This document shows positions 14,646 to 23,699 of a stretch of DNA of 37,421 nt, in pieces. The stretch is from positions 1 to 37,421 of IMG/VR virus record IMGVR_UViG_3300017747_001665, one strand, 5' to 3'. The notes under the pieces were generated by a model. It was not told where the DNA came from and searched no databases. It worked only from the letters and a program-made list of their open reading frames with translations. The position numbers were made by a program, and so were the translations under genes. Every line of letters begins with the position of its first letter. The stretch's first letter is position 1. This DNA comes from a virus. Taxonomy: Duplodnaviria > Caudoviricetes.

Positions 14646-16379
14646 ATGGCACAACTACCGCAAGGTCAGCGAATCACGCTACCCATTACCGCTACACAAG
14701 GTTACTACTTTTCAACTTCTGGCGCTGCCATCGTGCGGGTTACTCCGAGCAATGGTGGTGCGTTTGTCGTAACGATTGGAACTAACGAGACAGACGTTGG
14801 ATGGTATGGCTTTCCAGCTTCGCTTGAGCTTGTTGCTCAGTCTGGAGTGTTGACGTATAACACTACGCCATCAGCTTTAACTGCGGTTCAACTTGGAGAC
14901 CAAAGGGATAGTGATCCGGTTGATGTTGCTTTAGCGGCAAATGGATTGATTTATGGGGTAAGCGCGCTACAGGGTGCGCTTAATTTTTCAAACGTGGTGC
15001 TTTTTGGCGATTCAATTAGCGCTCAAAATAGCTTCGCAACCCCGACTGGGCTGTCTATGTCCATCGCTGCTGGTGTTGCTACGGTAACAATGCCGAATCA
15101 CCAAATGGCTGCTGGCTGGTCTTTTCGTATAAACAAAACAAATTACAGCCTGATCAATGATACGAACTTCGGCGTATATCAGGTTGCATCCGTCATCAGC
15201 GCGAACCAATTTACGTTTATTGCGCCTGCTGGTGCTGTTGATGGCGCTTATTCTGTTGCAGAAATATGCAACACCAACAAAACGCCATTTAGCGCTTATT
15301 TTAATGCCTATAACAGCATCAATGGCGAGGCGTTTAGGTTGTCGGCAATCTGTGCCAGATCCGGCGATTCCACATTAGAGATGCTGGCTAGGATAGATGA
15401 AATTTCCACTTATGGAGGATATACGGTGTTTGTGCTCGGCGGTACAAATGATGCCATTCGAGCGCAATCACTAGCTGATTCCAAATTGAATATTAGCTTA
15501 ATTGTAAACAAAATTTCGTCATTCGGTTGTCGTGTTGTCATTCTAACAATCCCGCCTGTAAGTTCGGCGGTGCCACTACAGGGAGGTCAGACAGCTACGC
15601 AGAGGGCGCAATGGGTTGCAGAGTACAACGACCACATAAAATCACTAGCGTCATCCGGATCTGTAACTGTAGTTGATATTTATAGCGCACTAGTAGATAA
15701 GACATCAGCAACGGCAAACTTTGTATCTACCATGACTTATGACGGCGTTCACCTGTCGCCGCTGGGATGTGTAACTGTTGCTCCGCTGCTCCAGGCTGCG
15801 CTTAACCAAAGGAAACTACCTAGAGTTTCAAGCAACTTGCAGACCGCAAACCAATTACTGCCAAATCCCCTTTTCATTGGCACTGGTGGTACCGCAAACG
15901 CTGGCATCACTGGCACAATCGCGGCAGGGAAAAGCTGTCAGCGCACAGGTGCGGCAACTGCGGTTGGCAGCTTGGTTGCCAGGTCTGATGGCAACGGTAA
16001 CGCGCAGCAGCTTGTTGTTACCGCCGCTGCTGATGAGCGCATCATTTATGATGAGCCTAGCATTTTAGGCTCTGTATCTGCTGGAGATATTATAAAATTT
16101 TCTACCACAATAAATGCGGTGGCGTGGGCTAACGTAAGAACCATAAGCGTTCAGCTAATTATGACCGTTGGCGGGATAAATTTTATTGCAAACTCAGCGT
16201 TCAATAACCAACCAGGATTTACTACAGCGCCATTTACTGGCGTAACTGGTGACGTTAGATTTTCCACTGAGGCGGTGCCTGTCCCTGCTGGAGTAACTGC
16301 AATATTAACAAGGATTGACACTACGTTTAGCTCAGGCACGACAGTTAGCTATTCAGAAAGTCAGGTTGTGAAACTATAA
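14646..16379 (+). CDS. SGNH/GDSL hydrolase-domain protein 1, probably virion-associated
   Basis: Blocks FGDS, GGTND and DGVH; beta-rich C-terminal domain; N-terminal 107 aa shared with 17308-18915. Confidence 0.8.
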   Translation: MAQLPQGQRITLPITATQGYYFSTSGAAIVRVTPSNGGAFVVTIGTNETDVGWYGFPASLELVAQSGVLTYNTTPSALTAVQLGDQRDSDPVDVALAANGLIYGVSALQGALNFSNVVLFGDSISAQNSFATPTGLSMSIAAGVATVTMPNHQMAAGWSFRINKTNYSLINDTNFGVYQVASVISANQFTFIAPAGAVDGAYSVAEICNTNKTPFSAYFNAYNSINGEAFRLSAICARSGDSTLEMLARIDEISTYGGYTVFVLGGTNDAIRAQSLADSKLNISLIVNKISSFGCRVVILTIPPVSSAVPLQGGQTATQRAQWVAEYNDHIKSLASSGSVTVVDIYSALVDKTSATANFVSTMTYDGVHLSPLGCVTVAPLLQAALNQRKLPRVSSNLQTANQLLPNPLFIGTGGTANAGITGTIAAGKSCQRTGAATAVGSLVARSDGNGNAQQLVVTAAADERIIYDEPSILGSVSAGDIIKFSTTINAVAWANVRTISVQLIMTVGGINFIANSAFNNQPGFTTAPFTGVTGDVRFSTEAVPVPAGVTAILTRIDTTFSSGTTVSYSESQVVKL

Positions 16380-16442
16380 CAAATAACACTCAAACGATGG
16401 CAATCACCATTCAACAAGACAACAAACCAAAAAGGAACTAAA

Positions 16443-16517
16443 ATGACAGGCACAACAACCAAACCGAAAGACAAGAAACCAGAGAATGCAAAGCCTACTA
16501 AGCGCGCACGCAAATAA
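16443..16517 (+). CDS. Basic 24-aa peptide MTGTTTKPKDKKPENAKPTKRARK
   Basis: Translated by hand; AAGGA RBS upstream; overlaps the start of the membrane-protein gene. Confidence 0.5.
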   Translation: MTGTTTKPKDKKPENAKPTKRARK

Positions 16518-16965
16518 CTTCGACATCGCAATGCTTGCTGTGTGGCTGATTGTCAGTTTACGCAACAAGCAAAGCCTGTTGATGTTGTTTTGTTTAGTCG
16601 CTTATCTTTACATCCAAGCCGCAACTGAAACCAACTTTTGCGGCTTTCTTATCACTTCATCAATGTTTTTCATCCTCGCTGCTGTAAATATCAGAATACC
16701 ATCAGAAATCCGTCAAGCATTTGTTTGTTTTGCTCTTGTATACTTAATAGGTGCAGCAGACCAAGCAATGTACTATCATCTTGAAATAGATATGCTTTTT
16801 GACAGGATTCAGCCTTACCTGGTCATGGTCGTTAATGCTTATGTATTAGCTTACTTGGTAAGTCGCGGAGGGCGAGAGGGTGCCAAACATAATGGATTGC
16901 ATATTGCTGCTTTTTGCCGTCGGATATTTAGGCTATCATTGCATAAATCGAGTGGTAAAACTTAA
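16486..16965 (+). CDS. Multi-pass membrane protein (159 aa)
   Basis: Four to five hydrophobic segments and a basic C-terminal tail. Confidence 0.7.
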   Translation: MQSLLSAHANNFDIAMLAVWLIVSLRNKQSLLMLFCLVAYLYIQAATETNFCGFLITSSMFFILAAVNIRIPSEIRQAFVCFALVYLIGAADQAMYYHLEIDMLFDRIQPYLVMVVNAYVLAYLVSRGGREGAKHNGLHIAAFCRRIFRLSLHKSSGKT

Positions 16966-17020
16966 ACGCAACGAGGCAGCGCGTGAACTTAAAGCAACTC
17001 ACAGAAAACATGATACATGA
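16892..17020 (+). CDS. Small single-TM protein (42 aa, MDCILLLFAVGYLGYHCINRVVKLKR...)
   Basis: Translated by hand; GAGG upstream; hydrophobic N-terminus and basic tail; overlaps both neighbours. Confidence 0.4.
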   Translation: MDCILLLFAVGYLGYHCINRVVKLKRNEAARELKATHRKHDT

Positions 17021-17273
17021 CTTGCCGAGCTACCTTGGCAGCTTGCAACACAAGCTTGTTACCGCCGCTGGTGGAACATCTGCAATCTATAACATCCGTG
17101 ATTATCTTCCAGACCCAGTACACGACACGTTTTTAATCATTCAAGCATTCCCATGGATGGACACAATATCCTTCCTTGCTTTGTTTCTTCTGTTTGTCGA
17201 GCGCTGCTTTATTGTGTACGCATGGTATAAGCGCACAAGGCGCGGTGATTACGACGAGGGTAAGCCTGAATGA
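16983..17273 (+). CDS. Membrane protein, candidate holin (96 aa)
   Basis: TM segment ISFLALFLLFVERCFIVYAWY followed by a charged tail; GAGG RBS; no other holin seen in the genome. Confidence 0.5.
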   Translation: MNLKQLTENMIHDLPSYLGSLQHKLVTAAGGTSAIYNIRDYLPDPVHDTFLIIQAFPWMDTISFLALFLLFVERCFIVYAWYKRTRRGDYDEGKPE

Positions 17274-17307
17274 TGTATAATAAACCGAATCAACAAGAGG
17301 ATTTATC

Positions 17308-18915
17308 ATGGCTCAATTAGCACAAGGACAGCGCTTGACGCTGCCAATCACTTCGACACAAGGTTATTACCTATCAACATCAGGCGCTGCAATTGTCAGA
17401 GTTACACCATCAAACGGCGGCGCTTTTGTTGTGACCATTGGTAACAATGAAACGGATGTTGGCTGGTACGGATTCGACGCATCATTAGAGTTGGTTGCGC
17501 AATCTGGCGTGCTTACTTACAACACAACACCTTCAGCGCTGACGGCGATTCAGTTGGGGGATCAGCGTGATAGCGATCCGGTTGATTTGGCTTTGGCGGT
17601 TAATGGGCTTATTTCAGGAGTTTCAGCAGCAAGAGTTATCAAAACAGCAGCTATCGGAGACAGTCGCCTAGCAAACAGTGTTCAAAACCAAACCGCTGGT
17701 GGAATAACTAAGTTGAATTGGTCTAATCAGGGCGTAATCTACTGGCTTAATATGTTTTTAAATCAGCGATTAGATATTAGAGCAGAGAGTGTTTTTGCTG
17801 TTAGCGGGTCTACGACTTCACAGATATTATTGCAAGTGCCAAGCGCAATATCTAGCGGCTGCAAAATCTGCTTTATAAACGGCGGCACTAATGATTTGTC
17901 TGCATCTGGCACCATTGCTACGGCTGATGCAGCATTCAACAACTTAACAAGCGCGGCAGCTCAGTTGGTGGAGGCTGGAATATTGCCAGTGATTGAATGC
18001 GACATGCCAAGGACTGCTGCTAGCTGGACTGCTAACGCCTCAAAATTATCAGCTTATTTAAACAGAAAATTAAGAGTGTGGTGCAAGGAGGTTGGCATCC
18101 CATTTGCTGACTTTGAAGCTAGATACGTCAAGGCTGATGGAGATCCGCAAACAGGTTACAACGTAGCTGATGGTATTCATCAAAGCTGCACAGGTGCGGT
18201 GGTTAGAGCTAACGCATATGCGGCAGCTTTGCAAGATTACCTAACGCCATACACATTAAAAACAGGCACTCCGCTTGATGTTTATGACGCATCATTCTTT
18301 CCATCCGGTAATCTGCTTTCAGTTGGATTAATGCTTGGAACTGGTGGCACAAACACTGGCACTGGCGCGTCAGGCTCAGTATCAACTGGATGGCAAAACC
18401 GCATAGTAAGCGGAACAGGTACGGCTGTTGCAAGTAAAGAGTCGCCTCGGACTGATGGCGCGTTAGGGGACAGGCTTGTAGTTGCTTTGTCTGCGACAAC
18501 AGCTATTACCTACAGACTCAGCCCTGCAAATATAGTAACTACAGGTAAGTTGGTGTCTGGCGATCAGGTTTGTGCGGAAATGGATTTTGAGATTACTGCT
18601 TTAGCTGGCTCAATTGACTATATTAGATTGTTTCTTCAAGACTTTGACGGAGTGACAGCAGGTTCAACAAGCGTTACGGGCAAAGATGTTTTTGCTACAG
18701 GATTAAACCCGCTTCCACTTGTACCGCTGCCAAACAACACAGGCTCAGGAAACTTATACACAACGCTTGCTGGCAGAATTAAAACAGAAGTGGTTGTTAT
18801 TGGGCAGACAATAACATCAACAGAGTTGATTTTAAGGCTTGAGGCTGGCTTGAATGTTGCAGCTAGCTGCACCTTTAAAATTGGCGATGTAGTTATTAGA
18901 AAGCTTGGTAGTTAA
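17308..18915 (+). CDS. SGNH/GDSL hydrolase-domain protein 2, probably virion-associated
   Basis: Blocks IGDS, GGTND and DGIH; first 107 aa are 97/107 identical to protein 1; GAGGA RBS. Confidence 0.8.
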   Translation: MAQLAQGQRLTLPITSTQGYYLSTSGAAIVRVTPSNGGAFVVTIGNNETDVGWYGFDASLELVAQSGVLTYNTTPSALTAIQLGDQRDSDPVDLALAVNGLISGVSAARVIKTAAIGDSRLANSVQNQTAGGITKLNWSNQGVIYWLNMFLNQRLDIRAESVFAVSGSTTSQILLQVPSAISSGCKICFINGGTNDLSASGTIATADAAFNNLTSAAAQLVEAGILPVIECDMPRTAASWTANASKLSAYLNRKLRVWCKEVGIPFADFEARYVKADGDPQTGYNVADGIHQSCTGAVVRANAYAAALQDYLTPYTLKTGTPLDVYDASFFPSGNLLSVGLMLGTGGTNTGTGASGSVSTGWQNRIVSGTGTAVASKESPRTDGALGDRLVVALSATTAITYRLSPANIVTTGKLVSGDQVCAEMDFEITALAGSIDYIRLFLQDFDGVTAGSTSVTGKDVFATGLNPLPLVPLPNNTGSGNLYTTLAGRIKTEVVVIGQTITSTELILRLEAGLNVAASCTFKIGDVVIRKLGS

Positions 18916-20617
18916 AGCAATAAGCAGGGAGAAAAACAACCAATTGCGCCGCCTAACAGCAACAAAGCTAGACCAACTTGAAGCAATGATAGCTGCCAAC
19001 CCTACAGATGGGCGCAGCTACTCAACTGTATTTGGGATTGTCTGCCCGAAAGATGGTCTATTGCATAATCTTGAGTATGCAAACGGCGAATGGCAGCAAA
19101 CAGACAGAAAAGCTGATGTTTATATAGCCAAAAAGCTTGAGCTTGTACTTAGAAGTAACAAACGGTTTATTGCTGTCGTTGGAGGACGCGGGTCTGGGAA
19201 ATCGGTACAAATTGTTGACATCTCCTTGGCAGGAGTTAAGGATTTAGGTGATAAAGTTTACTGCCTGCGGGAGTTCCAAAACTCGCTTGATGACTCTGTT
19301 CACTCACTAATCTCTGACGAGGTTGACCGATTAAACTTTGAAGGGTTCAGCACGCAAAACAACGTCATCAGTCATGAGCATGGCGGCGCGTTTAAGTTTA
19401 AAGGCTTGGCCAGAAATCCCAACAGCATCAAATCAGCAGCAGGCTTCAGGCGCTTTGTGGTTGAGGAGGCGCAGTTCATTTCTGATGAGTCACTAACAGC
19501 ACTCACGCCGACCGCTCGGAAAAAAGCAAAGGCTGGCTTGCCTGCTAGATTTATTGTAGAAACTGATGACGATGAAAACAAAGAGATTGATGACTTAAAT
19601 TCAGTCCAGATGATTTTCATTGCTAACCCTGGCTCAAGTGCTGACCCGTTTTCGCAGCGCTTTATTGTGCCATTTCAGGATGTGCTCGACAGGGATGGCA
19701 TCTATGAAGATGATTTACACCTAATCGTCAGAATGAACTACGACGACAACCCATGGTTTGAGGACTCAGACTTAGACGGTGAGCGCAGATGGTGCTTGGA
19801 AAACACATCAAGAGCTTATTACGATCATGTGTGGGGCGGTCAGTTCAACGACCATGTTGAAGATGCCATCATCATGGCAGAATGGTTTGATGCCTGTGTT
19901 GATTCGCACATCAAACTTAACTGGAAGCCTAAAGGCGCTAAGTTTATTACACACGATCCGGCTGACAGTGGTGATGCCAAGGCAACATGCTATCGACATG
20001 GCAGTTTAATCGTTGATGTTGTCGAAACCTTAACTGGTGACGCCAATAGCGCTTGCGACTTCGCCACTGACTTTGCTACATCAGTCAGTGCCAATCTGTT
20101 TTGTTGGGATGCTCAAGGCGTTGGATTGTCGTTAAGGCGTCAAATTACTGACGCTTTATCAGCTTCTAGCATCCAGTTAGTTGAGTTTTTCGGCTCTGCA
20201 TCTGTTGATAATCCAGAGGGTATCTTTGACGGATATTCAGAAGGTCAGCAGTTCAACCCAAGAATCAACGAGCAATGCTTTGCAAACTTACGTGCACAGA
20301 GATACTGGCAGTTGCGCGAAAGATGCTATCTAACTTGGAGAGCAGTTACACTTGGCGAGTATCACGACCCTGACAAGATGATTAGTTTCAGTAGTGAGAT
20401 AAAAAACCTTGCAGGCTTACGCTCTGAAATGTGTCGTATACCACGAAAGAGAACAGGCAACGGCGTATTCCAAGTGATGAGCAAAGAAGATATGAAATCC
20501 AAGCTTAAAATGAAGTCACCTAACATGACCGACGCCGTAATGATGTCTCTATGTGACTGGCAGCCAGCAACCGTGATAGACTATAGTAACTACACAATAC
20601 CTTCATCGGGATGGTAA
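18905..20617 (+). CDS. terL: Terminase large subunit (PBSX-like)
   Basis: Walker A GGRGSGKS, CLREFQNSL..SVH, Walker B VVEEAQ, NY.DNPWF, nuclease HDPADSGD, C-terminal SPN..DAVMM. Start uncertain (TTG at 18905 or 18944). Confidence 0.9.
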   Translation: MVVKAISREKNNQLRRLTATKLDQLEAMIAANPTDGRSYSTVFGIVCPKDGLLHNLEYANGEWQQTDRKADVYIAKKLELVLRSNKRFIAVVGGRGSGKSVQIVDISLAGVKDLGDKVYCLREFQNSLDDSVHSLISDEVDRLNFEGFSTQNNVISHEHGGAFKFKGLARNPNSIKSAAGFRRFVVEEAQFISDESLTALTPTARKKAKAGLPARFIVETDDDENKEIDDLNSVQMIFIANPGSSADPFSQRFIVPFQDVLDRDGIYEDDLHLIVRMNYDDNPWFEDSDLDGERRWCLENTSRAYYDHVWGGQFNDHVEDAIIMAEWFDACVDSHIKLNWKPKGAKFITHDPADSGDAKATCYRHGSLIVDVVETLTGDANSACDFATDFATSVSANLFCWDAQGVGLSLRRQITDALSASSIQLVEFFGSASVDNPEGIFDGYSEGQQFNPRINEQCFANLRAQRYWQLRERCYLTWRAVTLGEYHDPDKMISFSSEIKNLAGLRSEMCRIPRKRTGNGVFQVMSKEDMKSKLKMKSPNMTDAVMMSLCDWQPATVIDYSNYTIPSSGW

Positions 20618-22713
20618 CAATGAAACGATTTAGCGCGGATAAGTTAAGAGGCTGGCACCAAGCCGCATTGGATGCGTACACTGAAGCGGTTGAGGATGAA
20701 GCGCAGCAAGAGCAACGCTCCAAGATTATCGAAACGAATAGATTTGTTCGTATTCCTGGCGCTCAATGGGAAGGCCAAACATTCTCTGGTACTGACTTAA
20801 AGGACAGGCTTGATAAATACCCTCGCTTTGAAATTAACAAGATTGCACGAGAAGTAAAGCGAATTTCAAGCGAATTCAGAAAGAATCGAATTAACGTAGA
20901 GTTTAAGCCCGCTGATGGCAGAGCATCGCAAGAAATTAGCGACAAGTTAAATCGTCGTTATCGCGCAGACTATCAAGAAAGCAACGGTGATTACGCTGTT
21001 ACCGCTGCGTTTGAGGATGCCATCACTGGCGGCATGGGTGCGTTTAAGCTTTGTGCAGAATACGAGGACGAAAGCGACCCTGAAAACGAAGATATGATCA
21101 TTCGCATCAAGCCAATCTTCGACCCTGCATCATGCTTATTCTTCGACCGCAACAGCAAGGAAATGGACAAGTCCGACGCTGAGTGGATTGCTGAGGCTTT
21201 CAGCATGACCGCTAAGGCGTTTGAGGATGAATTCGGGCGTCAGTGTCAGTCAATCACAACTATCGACACAGGACGCCAGCAGGACTATCAACCAACGTCT
21301 GCCGTTTATCTTTGCCGCATGTACAGCAAGAAACAAGAGCCTGATGAAATCATCAGCTATACAAACCCTTTAACTGGTCAAATGGCTAAGTATTACGCCA
21401 GCGACATTGAAGATATTGAGACAGAACTTGCAGAGAACGGCTTTATCGAAACTGGCAAGCGTCGCAAGACGAAGCGCGATAGAGTTTACTGTGGCTTGAT
21501 GGATGCCGCTGGATGGCTTGATGAGCCTGAGTTGCTGCCGTTTGATTTAATACCAATCGTCGTTGTGTACGGTGAGCGCTGGTATGTTGACGGCGAAGAG
21601 AGGGTGCAAGGTCACGCGACTGTGGCACTGGATGCACAGCGATTAGAGAACTTGATGGTATCAATGCTTGCTGACACTGCCACTTTAGGCAATGAAGGCA
21701 CGCCAGTAATCGACGTTGAGCAAGTTGCAGGACTAGAAAAGTTTTGGGCTGACCGCAACAAGAAGCGCCCCGCATATCTGCCGCTCAAGTCAATCAAGGA
21801 CAAAAACGGCAACATCGTCGCGCCTGCTGCTGTGTCTAGCTACACGCAACCAGCGAACATCAACCCTGCGCTTGCTAACCTGCTTCAGTATACAGGACAG
21901 TCAATCCAGCAGCTAACAGGCTCAGCATCGCTTGACAATATGCCTAGCAACTTAGCGCAGCAGACTGTTAACGACATATTCAGCCGCTCAGACAGCCATA
22001 GCGGCGTTTATATGGATAACCTAAGCTTTGCTATGAAGTATTGCGGCAGGGTATGGTATGGCGCGTGTAAGCTGCTATACGGAAACGAGCGCACTGTGAA
22101 GCTGGTCAGTGAAGATGGTGTTGAGTCATTCGATACCATGTCAGCTTATATCACCGACAAAGAAACAGGCAGAAAGGTTTATACCAATGATTTGTCGATT
22201 GGCCGTTATGTTGTAGCGGTTGATGTTGGTCAAGACTTCACAACGCGCAGAGATGCAACCGTCGCCAAGTTAACGCCAATCCTGCAAGTCATGCCGCCTG
22301 ATAATCCAAACTATCAGGCTATGTTGTCTATGGTTATTGATAACCTTGACGGCGAAGGGCTTGAAGATTTGCGCAAGTACAACCGCAAACAGTTGTTACT
22401 GTCTGGAGTTGCCGAGCCAAAAAATCAGGATGAGCAAAAAATACTTGACGAAGCAGCCGCAGCAGCGCAACAGAACCAACCGCAAGACGGCAATGTGTTA
22501 CTCGCTCAAGCTGAGATGGAAAAGGCTAGAGTGCAAGAAATGAAGGTGATGCTTGACGCTGAAGAGTCATTGCGCGACTACGAATTAAAACGCGCAGAGC
22601 TTGAACTTCGGGCTGCTGAGTTAGGTGTTAACTTGCAACTCAAGGCTGCACAGATTGACAGTATGCGCGTTGATGATCAAGTTAAGGTTGGAAAGGCTTT
22701 ATCTGGAAGGTAA
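20611..22713 (+). CDS. Portal protein (P22 gp1-like)
   Basis: Motifs GAQWEG, YPRFEINKI, DAITGGMG, IP...VYGERWYVDGEERV.GH, DAQRL.NL.VSMLAD; about 700 aa, directly after terL. Confidence 0.92.
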   Translation: MVTMKRFSADKLRGWHQAALDAYTEAVEDEAQQEQRSKIIETNRFVRIPGAQWEGQTFSGTDLKDRLDKYPRFEINKIAREVKRISSEFRKNRINVEFKPADGRASQEISDKLNRRYRADYQESNGDYAVTAAFEDAITGGMGAFKLCAEYEDESDPENEDMIIRIKPIFDPASCLFFDRNSKEMDKSDAEWIAEAFSMTAKAFEDEFGRQCQSITTIDTGRQQDYQPTSAVYLCRMYSKKQEPDEIISYTNPLTGQMAKYYASDIEDIETELAENGFIETGKRRKTKRDRVYCGLMDAAGWLDEPELLPFDLIPIVVVYGERWYVDGEERVQGHATVALDAQRLENLMVSMLADTATLGNEGTPVIDVEQVAGLEKFWADRNKKRPAYLPLKSIKDKNGNIVAPAAVSSYTQPANINPALANLLQYTGQSIQQLTGSASLDNMPSNLAQQTVNDIFSRSDSHSGVYMDNLSFAMKYCGRVWYGACKLLYGNERTVKLVSEDGVESFDTMSAYITDKETGRKVYTNDLSIGRYVVAVDVGQDFTTRRDATVAKLTPILQVMPPDNPNYQAMLSMVIDNLDGEGLEDLRKYNRKQLLLSGVAEPKNQDEQKILDEAAAAAQQNQPQDGNVLLAQAEMEKARVQEMKVMLDAEESLRDYELKRAELELRAAELGVNLQLKAAQIDSMRVDDQVKVGKALSGR

Positions 22714-22720
22714 GAGGCAG

Positions 22721-22742
22721 AGCCACCTTCGGGTGGCTTTTT
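22721..22742 (+). terminator. Intrinsic terminator
   Basis: agccacc-ttcg-ggtggct followed by a T run. Confidence 0.8.
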
Positions 22743-22760
22743 GTTGCAATTGCCAATAAC

Positions 22761-22789
22761 TTGACGCCAAAGATTTGACGCGCCATAAT
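22761..22789 (+). promoter_or_regulatory. Sigma70-like promoter upstream of scaffold/coat
   Basis: TTGACG-17 nt-CATAAT directly after the terminator. Confidence 0.6.
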
Positions 22790-22838
22790 AATGACGGCTT
22801 CCGATAGCCTTATATCGAGTTTATAAAAGGGTTAAAAA

Positions 22839-23678
22839 ATGACTGAACAAGTCGAAGAATTGGTTGATCAAAGTTATTTCACTGGCACCGACGAAGCGGA
22901 GGTTGAGGCTGAACAGATTCAGGAAGAATCAGCAGAGTCCGAAACCGATGAGGAGTTAGAGTTAGTAATTGACGGAGAAGCGGTATCACCAGCCGCAGAC
23001 GAAGACGATGTTGCTTTGCCAGAGGATGCAGCAGATTGGGCCAAAAGCCTACGGCAGAAATATAAAGAGCAGGCGCGTGAACTTGCAGCTTTAAAGAAAG
23101 CGCAACAAGCGGCACCAGTTCAGCATGTCGAGCCAGAACCCGAGTTAGTGTTAGGAAGTGAGCCAACGCTTGAATCGTGCGATTTTGACGAGGACAGGCT
23201 TAAGCAATCACTGAAAGACTACTATAAACGGGAGTCTGAAATTGCACAGAAGAAAGCAGCAAAAGAAGCAGAAGCAGAAGCTTTTAACAAGGAAGCGCAA
23301 GAGAAGCTGATGACATATCAGAAAAACCGAGCAGTCATTGCAAAGCGGGAATCTGATTATCAGCAAGCAGAGGACTTAGTGCAGAGCAAGTTATCAGTAC
23401 CGACGCAAAACGTCATTCTGATGCTGTCTGAACAACCTGAAGCACTTGTATTAGCGCTTGGCAGAAAGCCTGAACTGCTAAACGAATTAGCCAAGTTGCA
23501 GCATGACCCACTGAAGCTGGCAGTAAAAATCGGTGAGCTTAACGCTAAAACTAAGTTCGCCCCGAAAGTTAAGCCGTCGTTTGGCACTGAGCCAAAGACA
23601 AAAGCAGCACCAACAAAACCGCTGAGCGGAGAAGATGCGAAATTTAAGTCGCAATTTCCAAACGGCAAATTTTTATAA
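22839..23678 (+). CDS. Scaffolding protein
   Basis: Acidic N-terminus, helical coiled character, EPTLESCDFDE motif; lies between portal and coat. Confidence 0.8.
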   Translation: MTEQVEELVDQSYFTGTDEAEVEAEQIQEESAESETDEELELVIDGEAVSPAADEDDVALPEDAADWAKSLRQKYKEQARELAALKKAQQAAPVQHVEPEPELVLGSEPTLESCDFDEDRLKQSLKDYYKRESEIAQKKAAKEAEAEAFNKEAQEKLMTYQKNRAVIAKRESDYQQAEDLVQSKLSVPTQNVILMLSEQPEALVLALGRKPELLNELAKLQHDPLKLAVKIGELNAKTKFAPKVKPSFGTEPKTKAAPTKPLSGEDAKFKSQFPNGKFL

Positions 23679-23699
23679 CGACTATCGGAGTCAAATATC

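Noticed and set aside
16397-16441. 14-codon ORF MAITIQQDNKPKRN after SGNH protein 1
   Set aside because: No convincing RBS and too short to support; may be a remnant carried in with the swapped C-terminal module.
14646-17630. Diversity-generating retroelement template/variable repeat pair
   Set aside because: The duplicated part is N-terminal, differences are mostly synonymous rather than adenine-specific, and no reverse transcriptase is encoded.
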